NCBI GenBank assembly: GCA_964475205.1
Contig: CAYYVQ010000007.1
Coordinates: forward strand, 1,604 to 65,603
Origin: an uncultured Victivallales bacterium
Lineage (GTDB): Bacteria; Verrucomicrobiota; Kiritimatiellia; UBA8416; CAYSRM01
Reading direction: 5' to 3'
DNA: 64,000 bases
Position 1 is the first letter of the stretch. Every line of letters begins with the position of its first letter. Shown piece after piece: positions 9,447 to 19,084 of the stretch. Made by a program: the position numbers and the translations under genes. Below the pieces are notes generated by a model. The model saw only the letters and a program-made list of their open reading frames with translations, did not search any database and was not told the origin of the DNA.

Positions 9447-12400
9447 TTATCCGTTGTTTTCGCCCGGCGGAAAAACCCAGTCCGGTCTTTTCTGACCGAG
9501 AACGTCGGAAACCGCGATCAACAGAAGAGCCTGATCGTAAGTATAGTCCTTGTTCAGTTTCACCGCTTCCCGGCAAGCGTAGGTTACATTTGCTTTTATC
9601 ATGTTTGTGGCGTACGCGAGCTCATCGAGAGCTTCATCGAATAACGCAAGAGTGCATTTCTCAGCCGAAAGAAGCTCAAAGTCAGTTTTAGGCTCGTGAT
9701 TAAGCTGAGCAACGCCCTGATTGAAAGCATCCCGGGCGGTCTCTTCCGGCTTGTCTTCCGAATATGCGAGCCGGGAAAGAATCACTGAAACCTGTCTGAC
9801 AACCGATGAAATATGCCGGTGACGTGCAGGCCGGGTCCGATCCATCCCAAAAGAAGCATCAAGATTCCTGGTAATTGATTTCTGCAAAGCATATTCGAAA
9901 AAGCTGATCTCAGCATCCTGCTCAATAAGCGAGCGAACAACTTTCTTGAACGCCCTATACCCGCCCGGCGACAACGACATGAGATGAGCAAACCATTTCT
10001 CCGCTTCCTGAAGCCGGTTGACTTCGTCTGTAATCTGTTTTCCAACCGCCTCGACCAGACCCCTGACCTTCTTAGCCACCTCCTCGGAATCTGCTTTGAC
10101 AATCCTTTCGACCTGCTCATTCCTTGTTTCGTTGTCACTATTAAGAAGTAGCGCGTAAATAACCGCCCTGGCGTCAGTGACCTCACGCTCCATGTCTTCA
10201 GGCTGCCTTTCTCCGGCCTCAGGTATTTCTACAGACGTTGCAGCCAGAGCCGCGGATTTTTCCCGTTGGAGCACGGATTCAGCAGCTTGCGCTTCCTCCG
10301 AAGTCTCCCCTGGCAGGACTTCACCGCGCGTAGCGGCAACTTTATCCTTTTCCCAGAGATTCTGTATTGATGGAGGCATCCTCACGATAGATGTCTTTGC
10401 TCTGATAAACGGCTTTGGTCCGAATCCGAATATCTTCGCAAAGAAAAGGTCCGGCAAGCTCTGTGTGCGTGTGTTGTACGTCTCAACTGCGTCATTGTAG
10501 CCATTTCGCATAAAGCTGATTTCATTTTCAAGAAGCACAAGCGCGCGCATAAGGTAAGCTGCGCTTCGATTAGCCTTCAGATCAGGATAATTCTCGTACA
10601 CCCCCAATACTCGCGATAACGTCTTATACTCCTTCTCCATGAACTCACCCCTGGCCTGGTTGCCCGACGTTACCCCGGCATCATAAGCTCCGCGCATCTC
10701 GGCAATGGCCTCCTGCAGCCCGGACTCATGCTCCATATAAGTCTTCACTACCTTTTCCAGGTTCGGAATCAGGTCATGCCGCTTCTTCAGGGACACATCA
10801 ATATTGGCGAGGTTTCTTTCCACTCGCTCCCGGAGGAAAACAAGGTCATTGAAATGCAGCACAAGGGTAATAAATATCATAAACAGGGGCGCGGACAACG
10901 CGGCGGCAAGGTAATCGGTAGCGGCAAAAGAACCTGAGAAGCCAAAAAGGGTCAGAGTCATTAACACGATAGCGGCAAAAGACACAGTCAAAAGAAAGAC
11001 CCCCTTTGCGGCGACCTTGCGCATTACAGTTGATTCAATGTAGTTACTGAGGATATACGGATAGCTCCCGTCGGGATCCTTGAGGTAAAGACGGTCTCCG
11101 GTAGACGGTTCTATCACGCACTCGCCTATAGCATAAAGAGGATCGTTGACCTCAAGCCGAGTCTCAGAATAGCGATACTTCCCTTTCCGCCGCCGGAAAT
11201 GCCAGGAGCTGATAACATCAGCGCCATCAGGGTCAACAAGGACAGATCCCTCGCTGTCAAGGCACAGGAACGGCCTCCTGTCATCTTCATCTACAACAGT
11301 AACCCATTTCGCGTTTTTGCCAACACCTCGTCTCTCTTCAACTTTATATGTATATTCCACACAGGGTTGAAAAGTGAGCGGACTTTGCAGGGGCTCTTCG
11401 TCCTCCGGCAAAGCAACTATTCCCTTGAATTCCGACAGCCCGTAACTGGCTCCGGCCGTTGAGCTCGTCGGGAGGTTTTCCATACAACGCTTGAACCGTA
11501 CTTTTCGAAAACCTAAAACAAAACTAACTGCCGCGGCAACCAGTCCGCCTCCCGCAATGCCAAGCCCCCATTTACCAGGAATGGCGGCTTTTTCGAATCC
11601 TGTTGTCATTTCTTCAAGCCGGTCCTGCTGATGTGCCGGGAGCGGAAGCGAATCACGTCCGGGAATCCCCCACAGAGGCGCGAGCAGTCTTTCAGGAAAA
11701 GCGTTCCTCTGCATCCTTACCCGTTCTATGGCAGCGGCAACGTCTAGCCTGATACGCGAAAGCCTTGAGGCTTGTTCTTCGCTTAAACCCTGCTGCCTTA
11801 ACCGACTGAAGGATTCCATCTTTGACCAGCTCCCGCTCCATGCTATCCCTGCATCCGCAAGACCCTTTGTTATTACATCTCGGGCCGCCTCTTCATGGGC
11901 TTCTATACGCGTGACAGCGGCCTCAAGGTCCGACTTCATCATTTTGAGCCCCAGAAAAACCAGATCGATTACAATAACCATGCCCAGTATTGTAAAGAAC
12001 ACCAGCAACCTGTGTATGCGCAGCAGCCCGACAATAAGAGCAACAGCAAACGCCAGCGCGACAAGTCCGCCCCAGCACAGAACCAGGGAAGAACAGGCCA
12101 TCATTACACGTTCATGTTTTTCGCCATAGGTGGAAATTATAGGATCATAAAACCCATCCTGATCGAAACGAACCTCGTAACTGCCGTCAGCAGCCTGAAC
12201 GTAGCCGAATACGAACAGTGAATCACCTGGCTCAATGCGCCATTCACTATACCGGCGGTTGCCGGAAGTCGTTGAATATGATTTGGCTGTGCTGAACTTG
12301 ACCCGGTTATCAGGCCTCACAACTATGCTGCCGGTCGCATCTGCAAGAATAAAATCTACCGAATCATTTACATCCCTTTCCGTCACCCATGATACATCCC

Positions 12401-12794
12401 CGTCGGAATCGACCTTCTTTCTTTCCACAAGGTAACGGTAATAAAGACACTCTGAGCCGGTGCGCGGAGCTTTGAGGGTCCGGTCAAGCCTCTGCGCCTG
12501 ACCCTGAATGTTGATCTCTCCGGGCAAAACGGCGTTAACCACTGTCGCGGGGATTCTTTCCAATTGCCGCATCTGCGCGACCGAACTGAAACTCATTCGA
12601 CCCAGCACAATGCCCCCGGCAATCAGCGCAACGGCAAGAACGGCCATAAACACACTTTTGAACACGCTACCGGCTTTAGACTTGAAACCCCTTTTCAAAG
12701 CAATCTCTGAACCGGTACCGCACTGCCTTCTATGTTCAGCAATCTGACCAAGAGGAACTGTCTGATTACACTTCTTGCAAAGATAAATCTTCAT
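9447..12794 (-). CDS. large polytopic membrane protein: zinc-ribbon-like N-terminus, two GIDE-like modules, LemA domain, long helical tail
   Basis: 1115-aa ORF. LemA signature at aa ~655-800 (NLANIDVSLKKRHDLIPNLE ... YENYPDLKAN ... FMRNGYNDAVETYN). Two internally similar modules at aa ~70-225 and ~440-590. Several hydrophobic TM stretches. Confidence 0.8.
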   Translation of the reverse strand: MKIYLCKKCNQTVPLGQIAEHRRQCGTGSEIALKRGFKSKAGSVFKSVFMAVLAVALIAGGIVLGRMSFSSVAQMRQLERIPATVVNAVLPGEINIQGQAQRLDRTLKAPRTGSECLYYRYLVERKKVDSDGDVSWVTERDVNDSVDFILADATGSIVVRPDNRVKFSTAKSYSTTSGNRRYSEWRIEPGDSLFVFGYVQAADGSYEVRFDQDGFYDPIISTYGEKHERVMMACSSLVLCWGGLVALAFAVALIVGLLRIHRLLVFFTILGMVIVIDLVFLGLKMMKSDLEAAVTRIEAHEEAARDVITKGLADAGIAWSGSWSKMESFSRLRQQGLSEEQASRLSRIRLDVAAAIERVRMQRNAFPERLLAPLWGIPGRDSLPLPAHQQDRLEEMTTGFEKAAIPGKWGLGIAGGGLVAAAVSFVLGFRKVRFKRCMENLPTSSTAGASYGLSEFKGIVALPEDEEPLQSPLTFQPCVEYTYKVEERRGVGKNAKWVTVVDEDDRRPFLCLDSEGSVLVDPDGADVISSWHFRRRKGKYRYSETRLEVNDPLYAIGECVIEPSTGDRLYLKDPDGSYPYILSNYIESTVMRKVAAKGVFLLTVSFAAIVLMTLTLFGFSGSFAATDYLAAALSAPLFMIFITLVLHFNDLVFLRERVERNLANIDVSLKKRHDLIPNLEKVVKTYMEHESGLQEAIAEMRGAYDAGVTSGNQARGEFMEKEYKTLSRVLGVYENYPDLKANRSAAYLMRALVLLENEISFMRNGYNDAVETYNTRTQSLPDLFFAKIFGFGPKPFIRAKTSIVRMPPSIQNLWEKDKVAATRGEVLPGETSEEAQAAESVLQREKSAALAATSVEIPEAGERQPEDMEREVTDARAVIYALLLNSDNETRNEQVERIVKADSEEVAKKVRGLVEAVGKQITDEVNRLQEAEKWFAHLMSLSPGGYRAFKKVVRSLIEQDAEISFFEYALQKSITRNLDASFGMDRTRPARHRHISSVVRQVSVILSRLAYSEDKPEETARDAFNQGVAQLNHEPKTDFELLSAEKCTLALFDEALDELAYATNMIKANVTYACREAVKLNKDYTYDQALLLIAVSDVLGQKRPDWVFPPGENNG

Positions 12795-12851
12795 TGCCGC
12801 CAGTCCCCATCAAAAGCCCTGTCCGCTTCCGGTGGGTCTATAGTTCTTTGT

Positions 12852-13970
12852 CTAAAACGCCATCCTGGCCCATCCGGGTTCAGGATCGGGATCAAGCCCT
12901 AGAATTTCTCTTGCAGTTTTTACATAGTAGCGATAATTCTGAATTGTAGTTCCATTCGGGATCCGATGGTCCAGCCCGAAGACAATCCCCCCATTTTGCA
13001 TCATAGGCTGCATTTTGTATTCCAGCTCAGCCCGGATGTCATTCGGGGTTTTCCTGAGCACATGCTTGTCGATGCCGCCCCGAATAGCGAGGCCATTGCC
13101 ATACTTTCTGCGTGTTTCAACCATGTCCATGCCTGCGGCGGGCTCAAACGGATGCATGGTATTCAAACCGCTTTCAAGAAAAATATCAATAAGGGGATTC
13201 ATGTTGCCGTCGGAATCCTGCTCAAAAATCTCAGTGCCCCGGTCGCGCACCACATCCCAGTTTCTGCTGTAATACGGTTTTATAAATTCCCCAACCTGCA
13301 CGGGTCCTGCAAGGGGGCCGCTCTTCCCCGCCATATCCTCGTGAACAGAAAGTTGATCTACAACAATTTCCTTTGTTACACGATCAAGAATGCGGGTAGT
13401 GGTCTCTCCTATGGTCTTCAGAATATCATGGATAAGCTCAGGTTGTTCATAGAATCCAATGCACAGCTGGGCATCCCCCATGAGTTGCCTTGGCTCGTCA
13501 AAGCCTCCCGGAATACCCACCTTTATCAGAGAGCCGTTTTCTCTGGCCGCCCTGGCTGCTTCCAACCAGTCATCGCTGAACCTTTCTTCGCTGAATTCAT
13601 AAAACGTCTTGAACCTCAGCCAGTCGTCCATGTTTTTCACCGGATAATCCAGGGGCAAGGCAATTGATGCGGAGCCTTTGCACAGCTTCATCTTTCTGCC
13701 ATATTCATCGATTTCTATCCTGTGCTCGGCAGTGTCTTCAATAATTTGTGTCTTAAAGGTAGACACAAGGCCGGTTTTAACTTTTATGTTGTGTAGATTT
13801 ACATAGTCAAATCCGAAAGCCTTCAGGTTGATCTCCTCATCAGTTGCTCCCTGTTCCTTCCACTCCCTGTCAAGTCCCACAAGCGGTCCGAAAAGCTCGA
13901 CAAAAAGCGGCCGCTCCACATTTTTTGATCTCACATAATCCACATACTGATCCCTGTGTATAAATGACAT
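12852..13970 (-). CDS. uroporphyrinogen decarboxylase (URO-D) family protein, MtaA/CmuA-like
   Basis: The 372-aa product resembles URO-D-like methyltransferase/decarboxylase family proteins by overall sequence. Start taken at MSFIHRDQ (ATG 13970) with GGAGAG ~5 nt upstream. Confidence 0.75.
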   Translation of the reverse strand: MSFIHRDQYVDYVRSKNVERPLFVELFGPLVGLDREWKEQGATDEEINLKAFGFDYVNLHNIKVKTGLVSTFKTQIIEDTAEHRIEIDEYGRKMKLCKGSASIALPLDYPVKNMDDWLRFKTFYEFSEERFSDDWLEAARAARENGSLIKVGIPGGFDEPRQLMGDAQLCIGFYEQPELIHDILKTIGETTTRILDRVTKEIVVDQLSVHEDMAGKSGPLAGPVQVGEFIKPYYSRNWDVVRDRGTEIFEQDSDGNMNPLIDIFLESGLNTMHPFEPAAGMDMVETRRKYGNGLAIRGGIDKHVLRKTPNDIRAELEYKMQPMMQNGGIVFGLDHRIPNGTTIQNYRYYVKTAREILGLDPDPEPGWARMAF

Positions 13971-14133
13971 TTTACTCTCCGCTTTTCTGCCGATGCCTCT
14001 GGCACAGGCGCCATGAATCTTCAATGATCTCGAATCAGACACCCTTTGAAGCTTTTTGGTTTACAAAATCTCAGTCATAAGTTACATATATTTAAGCCTA
14101 TTATACGAATCGACTAATTGAAGAGGAAGAATA

Positions 14134-16095
14134 ATGTTGCCTCAGGAAATAAAAATAAAACACCTGTCGATCGGACTTTACCTGATTCTGGCTTTTGTCT
14201 GCTGCCCGGCTGAAGGACAGAAGGTACGGTCTGCGCCGGACCCGGCTGACTTGACGCATATCAACAGCCTCTATAATCAGGGCCGTTACGACGAGGCGCT
14301 GCTTAAATGGTCCCGCATCGCAAACTCTCATGCCGACACAGAGGAGATGCGCAAACTCAGAGACAAACTCGTCGCTGCCATGGCTGATTTTTCCTCGAAA
14401 CACGACATTAACCGCTCTGACATTGACCAGAAGCGAATGACCCTGGAAACATTCAAACAATCTCACGTGCCCTCGTCCTACGGATTAAAGAAACTCATTT
14501 CCCCGGACAAAACCACTCATGCCACCGAACCGGGCCCGCTACGGCGTGTGCTCGCCAAGAACGTGTCTATTCATCTTAAACAGGCCGATTTGTCCGCCAT
14601 AATCGGCGCCCTTGCAGAAGATGAGAATATCAATATTATTGCCGACAGCGGTCTGGGAAAAGGAAAGTTTTTGGACATCGAACTGGACAATGTACCTGTC
14701 CAGGAAGTGCTTGATTACGTTTCGCGGAATTTTGATATCAGATTTTATCTTGGCGAAAATGTTATATGGGCTACTGCTCGAGGAAACAAAAACGCTGCGC
14801 CTCTGACAACCAGGATTTTCCAACTCAGAAAAGGTCTACAGCATCATGGATCAAACTGGACTGGTCTGGAAAATAAGAACGCCCGGGAAGAACAGGCAGT
14901 TGACACTCTTTCCAGGAAGGCAACCGAGCTTCCCGCCGGAACCAGCAATCTTGAAGATATAATAGATCGATTCCTCCCAAAAGTGGAAGGTTCACAATTA
15001 TTTTTAGACCGCACAACACATTCTCTATTTGTGCGCAATACGCCGGAAAACATCAAATTAGTTGAAGAAATCCTTGACTCTCTTGATGTTAACCCGCCGC
15101 AGGTTCTTATAGAGGCCCGATTCATAGAAGTGACCATCTCGGATCTCAGGGAAGTTGGCATAGACTGGCGCCTGGACTCGGATATCACGGTTTCCGAAAA
15201 GGGCATTATGAGGAATGGCAAAAGGGAAACTGTTCCTGATACGGTGATATCCAAAGGAGCGTCTATAACAGCGCCCAACACCCAGTACAGCGCTGTGGCC
15301 GACGAAGGTTTCCCCGGCAACCCGCTGGAAGCCTTCGGACAAGAACGTTCATGGAATCCAAAGCTTACTGAGCACGGGTTCAACCTGACAGTTGCCGGGA
15401 TACTGACAGAGCCCGAGTTCAGGGCTATTCTGAGGGCGCTCGAGATTTCAGGGAAAGGCCGCACACTTTCAGTGCCGCGCTTGACAACAATAAACAATAA
15501 TCCGGCCAAGCTCAGGGATGGAAGCGATATGTTGTATTACGAGGAGTTCCAAGCAAAAGCATTTACTCTTCTTGACAACAATGGAAACAAGTACAGTACA
15601 AGCGCATTGATGCCCAAGGGAAAACCTAAACTTGCCGAGCTGGGCATCACATTGATTGCTGTTCCAAGTGTTGGAAAAGACATGCGCACTATCAGTCTGT
15701 TGCTCACACCGACTATAAGCAAGCTGGAAAACTTCCAGTTCTATACCCGGGAGCAAGCCACAAATGCTTTCGCGCAACTGGAAGTTAAACTCCCGACTAT
15801 AACCAGGAGACAAATCCAGACGAAAGTCAGCGTTGAAAGCGGACAGACTGTAGTGATGGGTGGTCTGATCGAGACGGTTGAACAGGATACCGAACACTCT
15901 GTTCCAATTCTCAGTTCGATACCTTTGCTCGGAAACCTTTTTAAACGCTCAGATGTGACTGAGATGCGGAAAAACCTGCTGATTTTCGTTACTGCAACGG
16001 TATTATCAAACCGCGGGGAATCGATTGTAGCCGATGAAGCAACGGACCATACAGGGTCTTCATCGGATGGAGCCTCTGCTGACGCAGGGAGGTAG
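14134..16095 (+). CDS. secretin (GspD/PilQ family outer-membrane channel)
   Basis: Signal peptide, then N-domain repeats. C-terminal secretin core with VVMGGLI...VPILSSIPLLGNLFKRS...NLLIFVTATVL. Confidence 0.85.
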   Translation: MLPQEIKIKHLSIGLYLILAFVCCPAEGQKVRSAPDPADLTHINSLYNQGRYDEALLKWSRIANSHADTEEMRKLRDKLVAAMADFSSKHDINRSDIDQKRMTLETFKQSHVPSSYGLKKLISPDKTTHATEPGPLRRVLAKNVSIHLKQADLSAIIGALAEDENINIIADSGLGKGKFLDIELDNVPVQEVLDYVSRNFDIRFYLGENVIWATARGNKNAAPLTTRIFQLRKGLQHHGSNWTGLENKNAREEQAVDTLSRKATELPAGTSNLEDIIDRFLPKVEGSQLFLDRTTHSLFVRNTPENIKLVEEILDSLDVNPPQVLIEARFIEVTISDLREVGIDWRLDSDITVSEKGIMRNGKRETVPDTVISKGASITAPNTQYSAVADEGFPGNPLEAFGQERSWNPKLTEHGFNLTVAGILTEPEFRAILRALEISGKGRTLSVPRLTTINNNPAKLRDGSDMLYYEEFQAKAFTLLDNNGNKYSTSALMPKGKPKLAELGITLIAVPSVGKDMRTISLLLTPTISKLENFQFYTREQATNAFAQLEVKLPTITRRQIQTKVSVESGQTVVMGGLIETVEQDTEHSVPILSSIPLLGNLFKRSDVTEMRKNLLIFVTATVLSNRGESIVADEATDHTGSSSDGASADAGR

Positions 16096-16099
16096 CCCC

Positions 16100-17638
16100 A
16101 TGCACCTGTATCGCGATGCAGTCGGCCTGGATGTTGGCTCTCATTCTGTTAAAGGCGTAAGAGTGAAGCGTTGCGCAGGTATTGTGCGAGTGGTGGACTG
16201 CGACTGGGCAAAACTGCCCGCCCTTCCCTCTCAACGGCAGAAAATGCTCCGATCTTTCGTCAGCAAAAAAGGATGGAACGGCATTCCATGCGCGGTTTCC
16301 TTGCCGGACAATAATGTGATAGTAAGATCCTTATCGGTCGGCGACGAGGATCCGCGATCCATCAATCGAATAGTGCAGCTTGAACTTGCCCAGTTCGAGG
16401 AACTGGCACAGCGCCACCCCATCACATCATACAGGATCCAGCAGAAAGTCTATGGCAAAAGATATGCCTTGCTGGCCCTTGGACGAAGCGAACTGGTTGA
16501 CGGAGCCATTCAGCAGGCATCAGTATCCGGCCTTGACGCCATAGACGCAGTTCCGGAAGGGCTTGCCTGCCTCAACGCGATGCTTCGACTCCCTTTTTCC
16601 GTTCGCAGGCGTTTCATCAATGTTCAGGCCGGATCCTCACACACAACTGTCCTCGCGGTCAGGGGCACAACAGTCTTATACACAAAACATATTTCGCTTG
16701 GCATGGGTTCAACTGATTCAGCGGCCGAAAACAATCAGAGCTCCGCGGATTGCGGCAAATGGCTTGATACCGTATCGACGACAATCAAAGAGTTTGGAAG
16801 CCAGCTTCCTGAATCCGCAAAAAAGCCGGATCACATAATTTTGAGCGGAGGGTGCGCGCTTGTCCCCGGCCTTGCCGGAGAACTTGCCGACGCCACAGGA
16901 ATAAAAGTGTCGAATTACAGTCAACTTGCGCGCAGGTATGCATTGGACGAAGGCGACCGGCTCGCAACAGCTCTGGGCTGCGCGCTTATAGCAGCAGGAA
17001 AAGGCCGCTTGAAATTAAGCCTTCAACCCGACCCGATGAAGGAAAGACTGGCCCTCCGCAGACAAAGGCCCTCCTGGGTTATAGCCGGCGCGGCGCTGAA
17101 TCTTGCAATTGCATTTTCCGGCGCTATCTTTTATATGCGGACCGAAAACCTGGAGAATCTCCGGACGACCAGACAAACTCAACTTGCAGCTCTTCGTTCA
17201 ACACATTCACAGTTGAAAGTCGCCCGCGCGGAAATCAGGGAATTGAGAAAGAGAATAGCTCCCTTTGCCGCCGCAGTTCACAATGCCAGAATAAGCCGGG
17301 TTGTTATGCAAGCGCTGGCTGAAGCAAAGTCCCAATACGACTGGGTTACAAGGATTACCGACTCCGATTTCTACTTTGCAGAATCCTCGCAGGAGACATC
17401 GCGGACGGCTTACAATCCACAAATCGGATTTCGAAGCTTTATTGTGGAAGGATACACACCTGCACCCAATATGTCATCAGTTCGACACATGATTGAAAAA
17501 TTGCGAACACATGCGGGCATACTTGATGCCGATCTGCTGACCGAGGATAGGCTGAGCCCGAACCCGGACCGACATAAGCCGTGGAAGGATATTGACGGCA
17601 CTTTCTTTGCTATTGAAATCAGGCTGCCAACGCCATGA
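16100..17638 (+). CDS. PilM-like actin-fold protein fused to a PilN-like TM/periplasmic segment
   Basis: Begins AVGLDVGSHSVKGV, the PilM/FtsA-type phosphate-1 motif. TM helix WVIAGAALNLAIAFSGAIFYM at ~aa 320 is followed by ~165 aa of coiled coil plus an alpha/beta region. ATG 16100 has GGGAGG upstream and lies 4 nt after the secretin stop. Confidence 0.7.
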   Translation: MHLYRDAVGLDVGSHSVKGVRVKRCAGIVRVVDCDWAKLPALPSQRQKMLRSFVSKKGWNGIPCAVSLPDNNVIVRSLSVGDEDPRSINRIVQLELAQFEELAQRHPITSYRIQQKVYGKRYALLALGRSELVDGAIQQASVSGLDAIDAVPEGLACLNAMLRLPFSVRRRFINVQAGSSHTTVLAVRGTTVLYTKHISLGMGSTDSAAENNQSSADCGKWLDTVSTTIKEFGSQLPESAKKPDHIILSGGCALVPGLAGELADATGIKVSNYSQLARRYALDEGDRLATALGCALIAAGKGRLKLSLQPDPMKERLALRRQRPSWVIAGAALNLAIAFSGAIFYMRTENLENLRTTRQTQLAALRSTHSQLKVARAEIRELRKRIAPFAAAVHNARISRVVMQALAEAKSQYDWVTRITDSDFYFAESSQETSRTAYNPQIGFRSFIVEGYTPAPNMSSVRHMIEKLRTHAGILDADLLTEDRLSPNPDRHKPWKDIDGTFFAIEIRLPTP

Positions 17639-18471
17639 ATCATAATCTTCAAACATATCATCTGATGTCAGAGCGGCGGAAAACACTGGTTGTTCTTCTC
17701 GTGAATGCGATTGCCGCATTGGTGTTGATTTTTGGCTTGCTCCTGCCGTCTAAGCGGCGGGCAGAAAACCTTCGTTCAGATATAGACGGGCTTTCCGAGA
17801 GTATCGCAAGTCTCACGAACAGAAGATCGGTTCCAACAGGCGCCCTGCTACAGAAGGCAAAACAACAAATCGAGTCGCTTGAACACAAATGGGAAATTGT
17901 TCGTTTCAGAGCGGACACATTCAAGGAAGGCTCTTTTCTGGACAACATGGAGCCGGGCGCATCCAACAACCGTATCGACTTCAGGGTGGCCTTATACGAA
18001 GCACAGGAAAAACTACTTGCCGCTGCGAATGCCGCAGACACAGGATTGCCGCACCCGCTCGCGCTTGAAGAAAGTGTTTCACGGGACGGGAATGCTTCCC
18101 TCAAGATGTGGCAGCTTGCTTCCATTATAAAAATTCTTTCAACCATAATGAAGCATGATGCAGGCAACATACACCATGTGAAAGCGCTTGGGCCAAAAGA
18201 GCATTACACCAGTGGCGCCTCTTCTGACTCAGCCTATGAATTGCCGGTTTCAGTTTCATTTGAAATTGATTTTGAAGACATGGCAAGATTGATCGACCAC
18301 TCGCTGTCCCGGGAAAACTTTCTGGCATTTCGGGCGATCAACATTGAAAAACAAACGAGGCATCCCGCAAATCCGCTCCATGTTGACGCAATTATTGCAG
18401 CAGAACACCTGGGCATTGACCCGGTAAATTTTCTTGTTCTTCCGAAACCCGAGATGAAAGAGGCTGACTGA
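17635..18471 (+). CDS. PilO/GspM-like bitopic assembly protein
   Basis: N-terminal TM (LVVLLVNAIAALVLIFGLLL), a coiled coil and a C-terminal alpha/beta region. ATGA overlap with the upstream gene. The call rests on architecture and position only. Confidence 0.45.
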   Translation: MNHNLQTYHLMSERRKTLVVLLVNAIAALVLIFGLLLPSKRRAENLRSDIDGLSESIASLTNRRSVPTGALLQKAKQQIESLEHKWEIVRFRADTFKEGSFLDNMEPGASNNRIDFRVALYEAQEKLLAAANAADTGLPHPLALEESVSRDGNASLKMWQLASIIKILSTIMKHDAGNIHHVKALGPKEHYTSGASSDSAYELPVSVSFEIDFEDMARLIDHSLSRENFLAFRAINIEKQTRHPANPLHVDAIIAAEHLGIDPVNFLVLPKPEMKEAD

Positions 18472-18472
18472 A

Positions 18473-19084
18473 ATGAGGCTATGGCGCTATTTTGCAGGAG
18501 TCAATGCCGGGACAGTAATGCTTCTAGCAGTCCTGGGTCTGTTGCTTGTATATTGGAAGCTTGGCCTGCCGGACAGCCGGCTGCCTGCCGATACATACCA
18601 GCTTGTGCGCCCGTATAATAAGATCCATAAGCAATCTAGTCGAAAATTCAGCACAAGAATTGAATGGCAACCAGCCGTAGAAGTGGCTGACAGTCCCTTT
18701 TCTTCAGTCTTCCTTTCCAACCTTGTCAGGGAGCAGCAGGAAGCCGAAAAAGAGAGGCAACGCGAGAGGCAAAAGGCGAAGACAAAGCCCCAACCCAAAC
18801 CCAAACCTCAGCCCGAACCTGAGCAGGATCCTTTTATTGTCAAGAAAATCACCCTGGCATACAGAGGCATTTTGACCGGGACAGACAGCAGGCATGTAGC
18901 CATTCTTGAATTGCCTTCCGGCGAGGTAACACACGCAACTCCTCAGCAGACAATTGCGAAGGATATCATAGTGCAAAGCTTTACCCCCTCACGGCTTCAA
19001 GTTACGCTTCCAAATGGGACAAACACTGTAATTGAAGCCGGGCAGAAAAAAACTATCAGCTATAGAATTACCCGTGAAAAATGA
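18473..19084 (+). CDS. PilP/GspC-like bitopic protein with Pro/Lys-rich linker
   Basis: TM helix, KTKPQPKPKPQPEPEQ linker and a C-terminal beta-rich ~70 aa (ITLAYRGILTG...AILELPSGEV...). The call rests on architecture and position only. Confidence 0.4.
   Translation: MRLWRYFAGVNAGTVMLLAVLGLLLVYWKLGLPDSRLPADTYQLVRPYNKIHKQSSRKFSTRIEWQPAVEVADSPFSSVFLSNLVREQQEAEKERQRERQKAKTKPQPKPKPQPEPEQDPFIVKKITLAYRGILTGTDSRHVAILELPSGEVTHATPQQTIAKDIIVQSFTPSRLQVTLPNGTNTVIEAGQKKTISYRITREK

Noticed and set aside
12966-13667. Long antisense or alternative-frame ORFs inside confident genes. Examples: 12966-13667 (+), 14844-15509 (-), 17658-18170 (-), 22898-23518 (+), 3106-3687 (-), 55826-56539 (+), 58954-59613 (+).
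   Set aside because: Each lies wholly within a gene that has clear family motifs on the other strand or frame. Their translations are low-complexity or Ser/Arg/Pro-rich, as is typical of shadow ORFs.
18769-18816. Repetitive CCCAAACC-type DNA encoding KPQPKPKPQPEP.
   Set aside because: This is a low-complexity Pro/Lys linker within the PilP-like ORF, not an independent DNA repeat feature.
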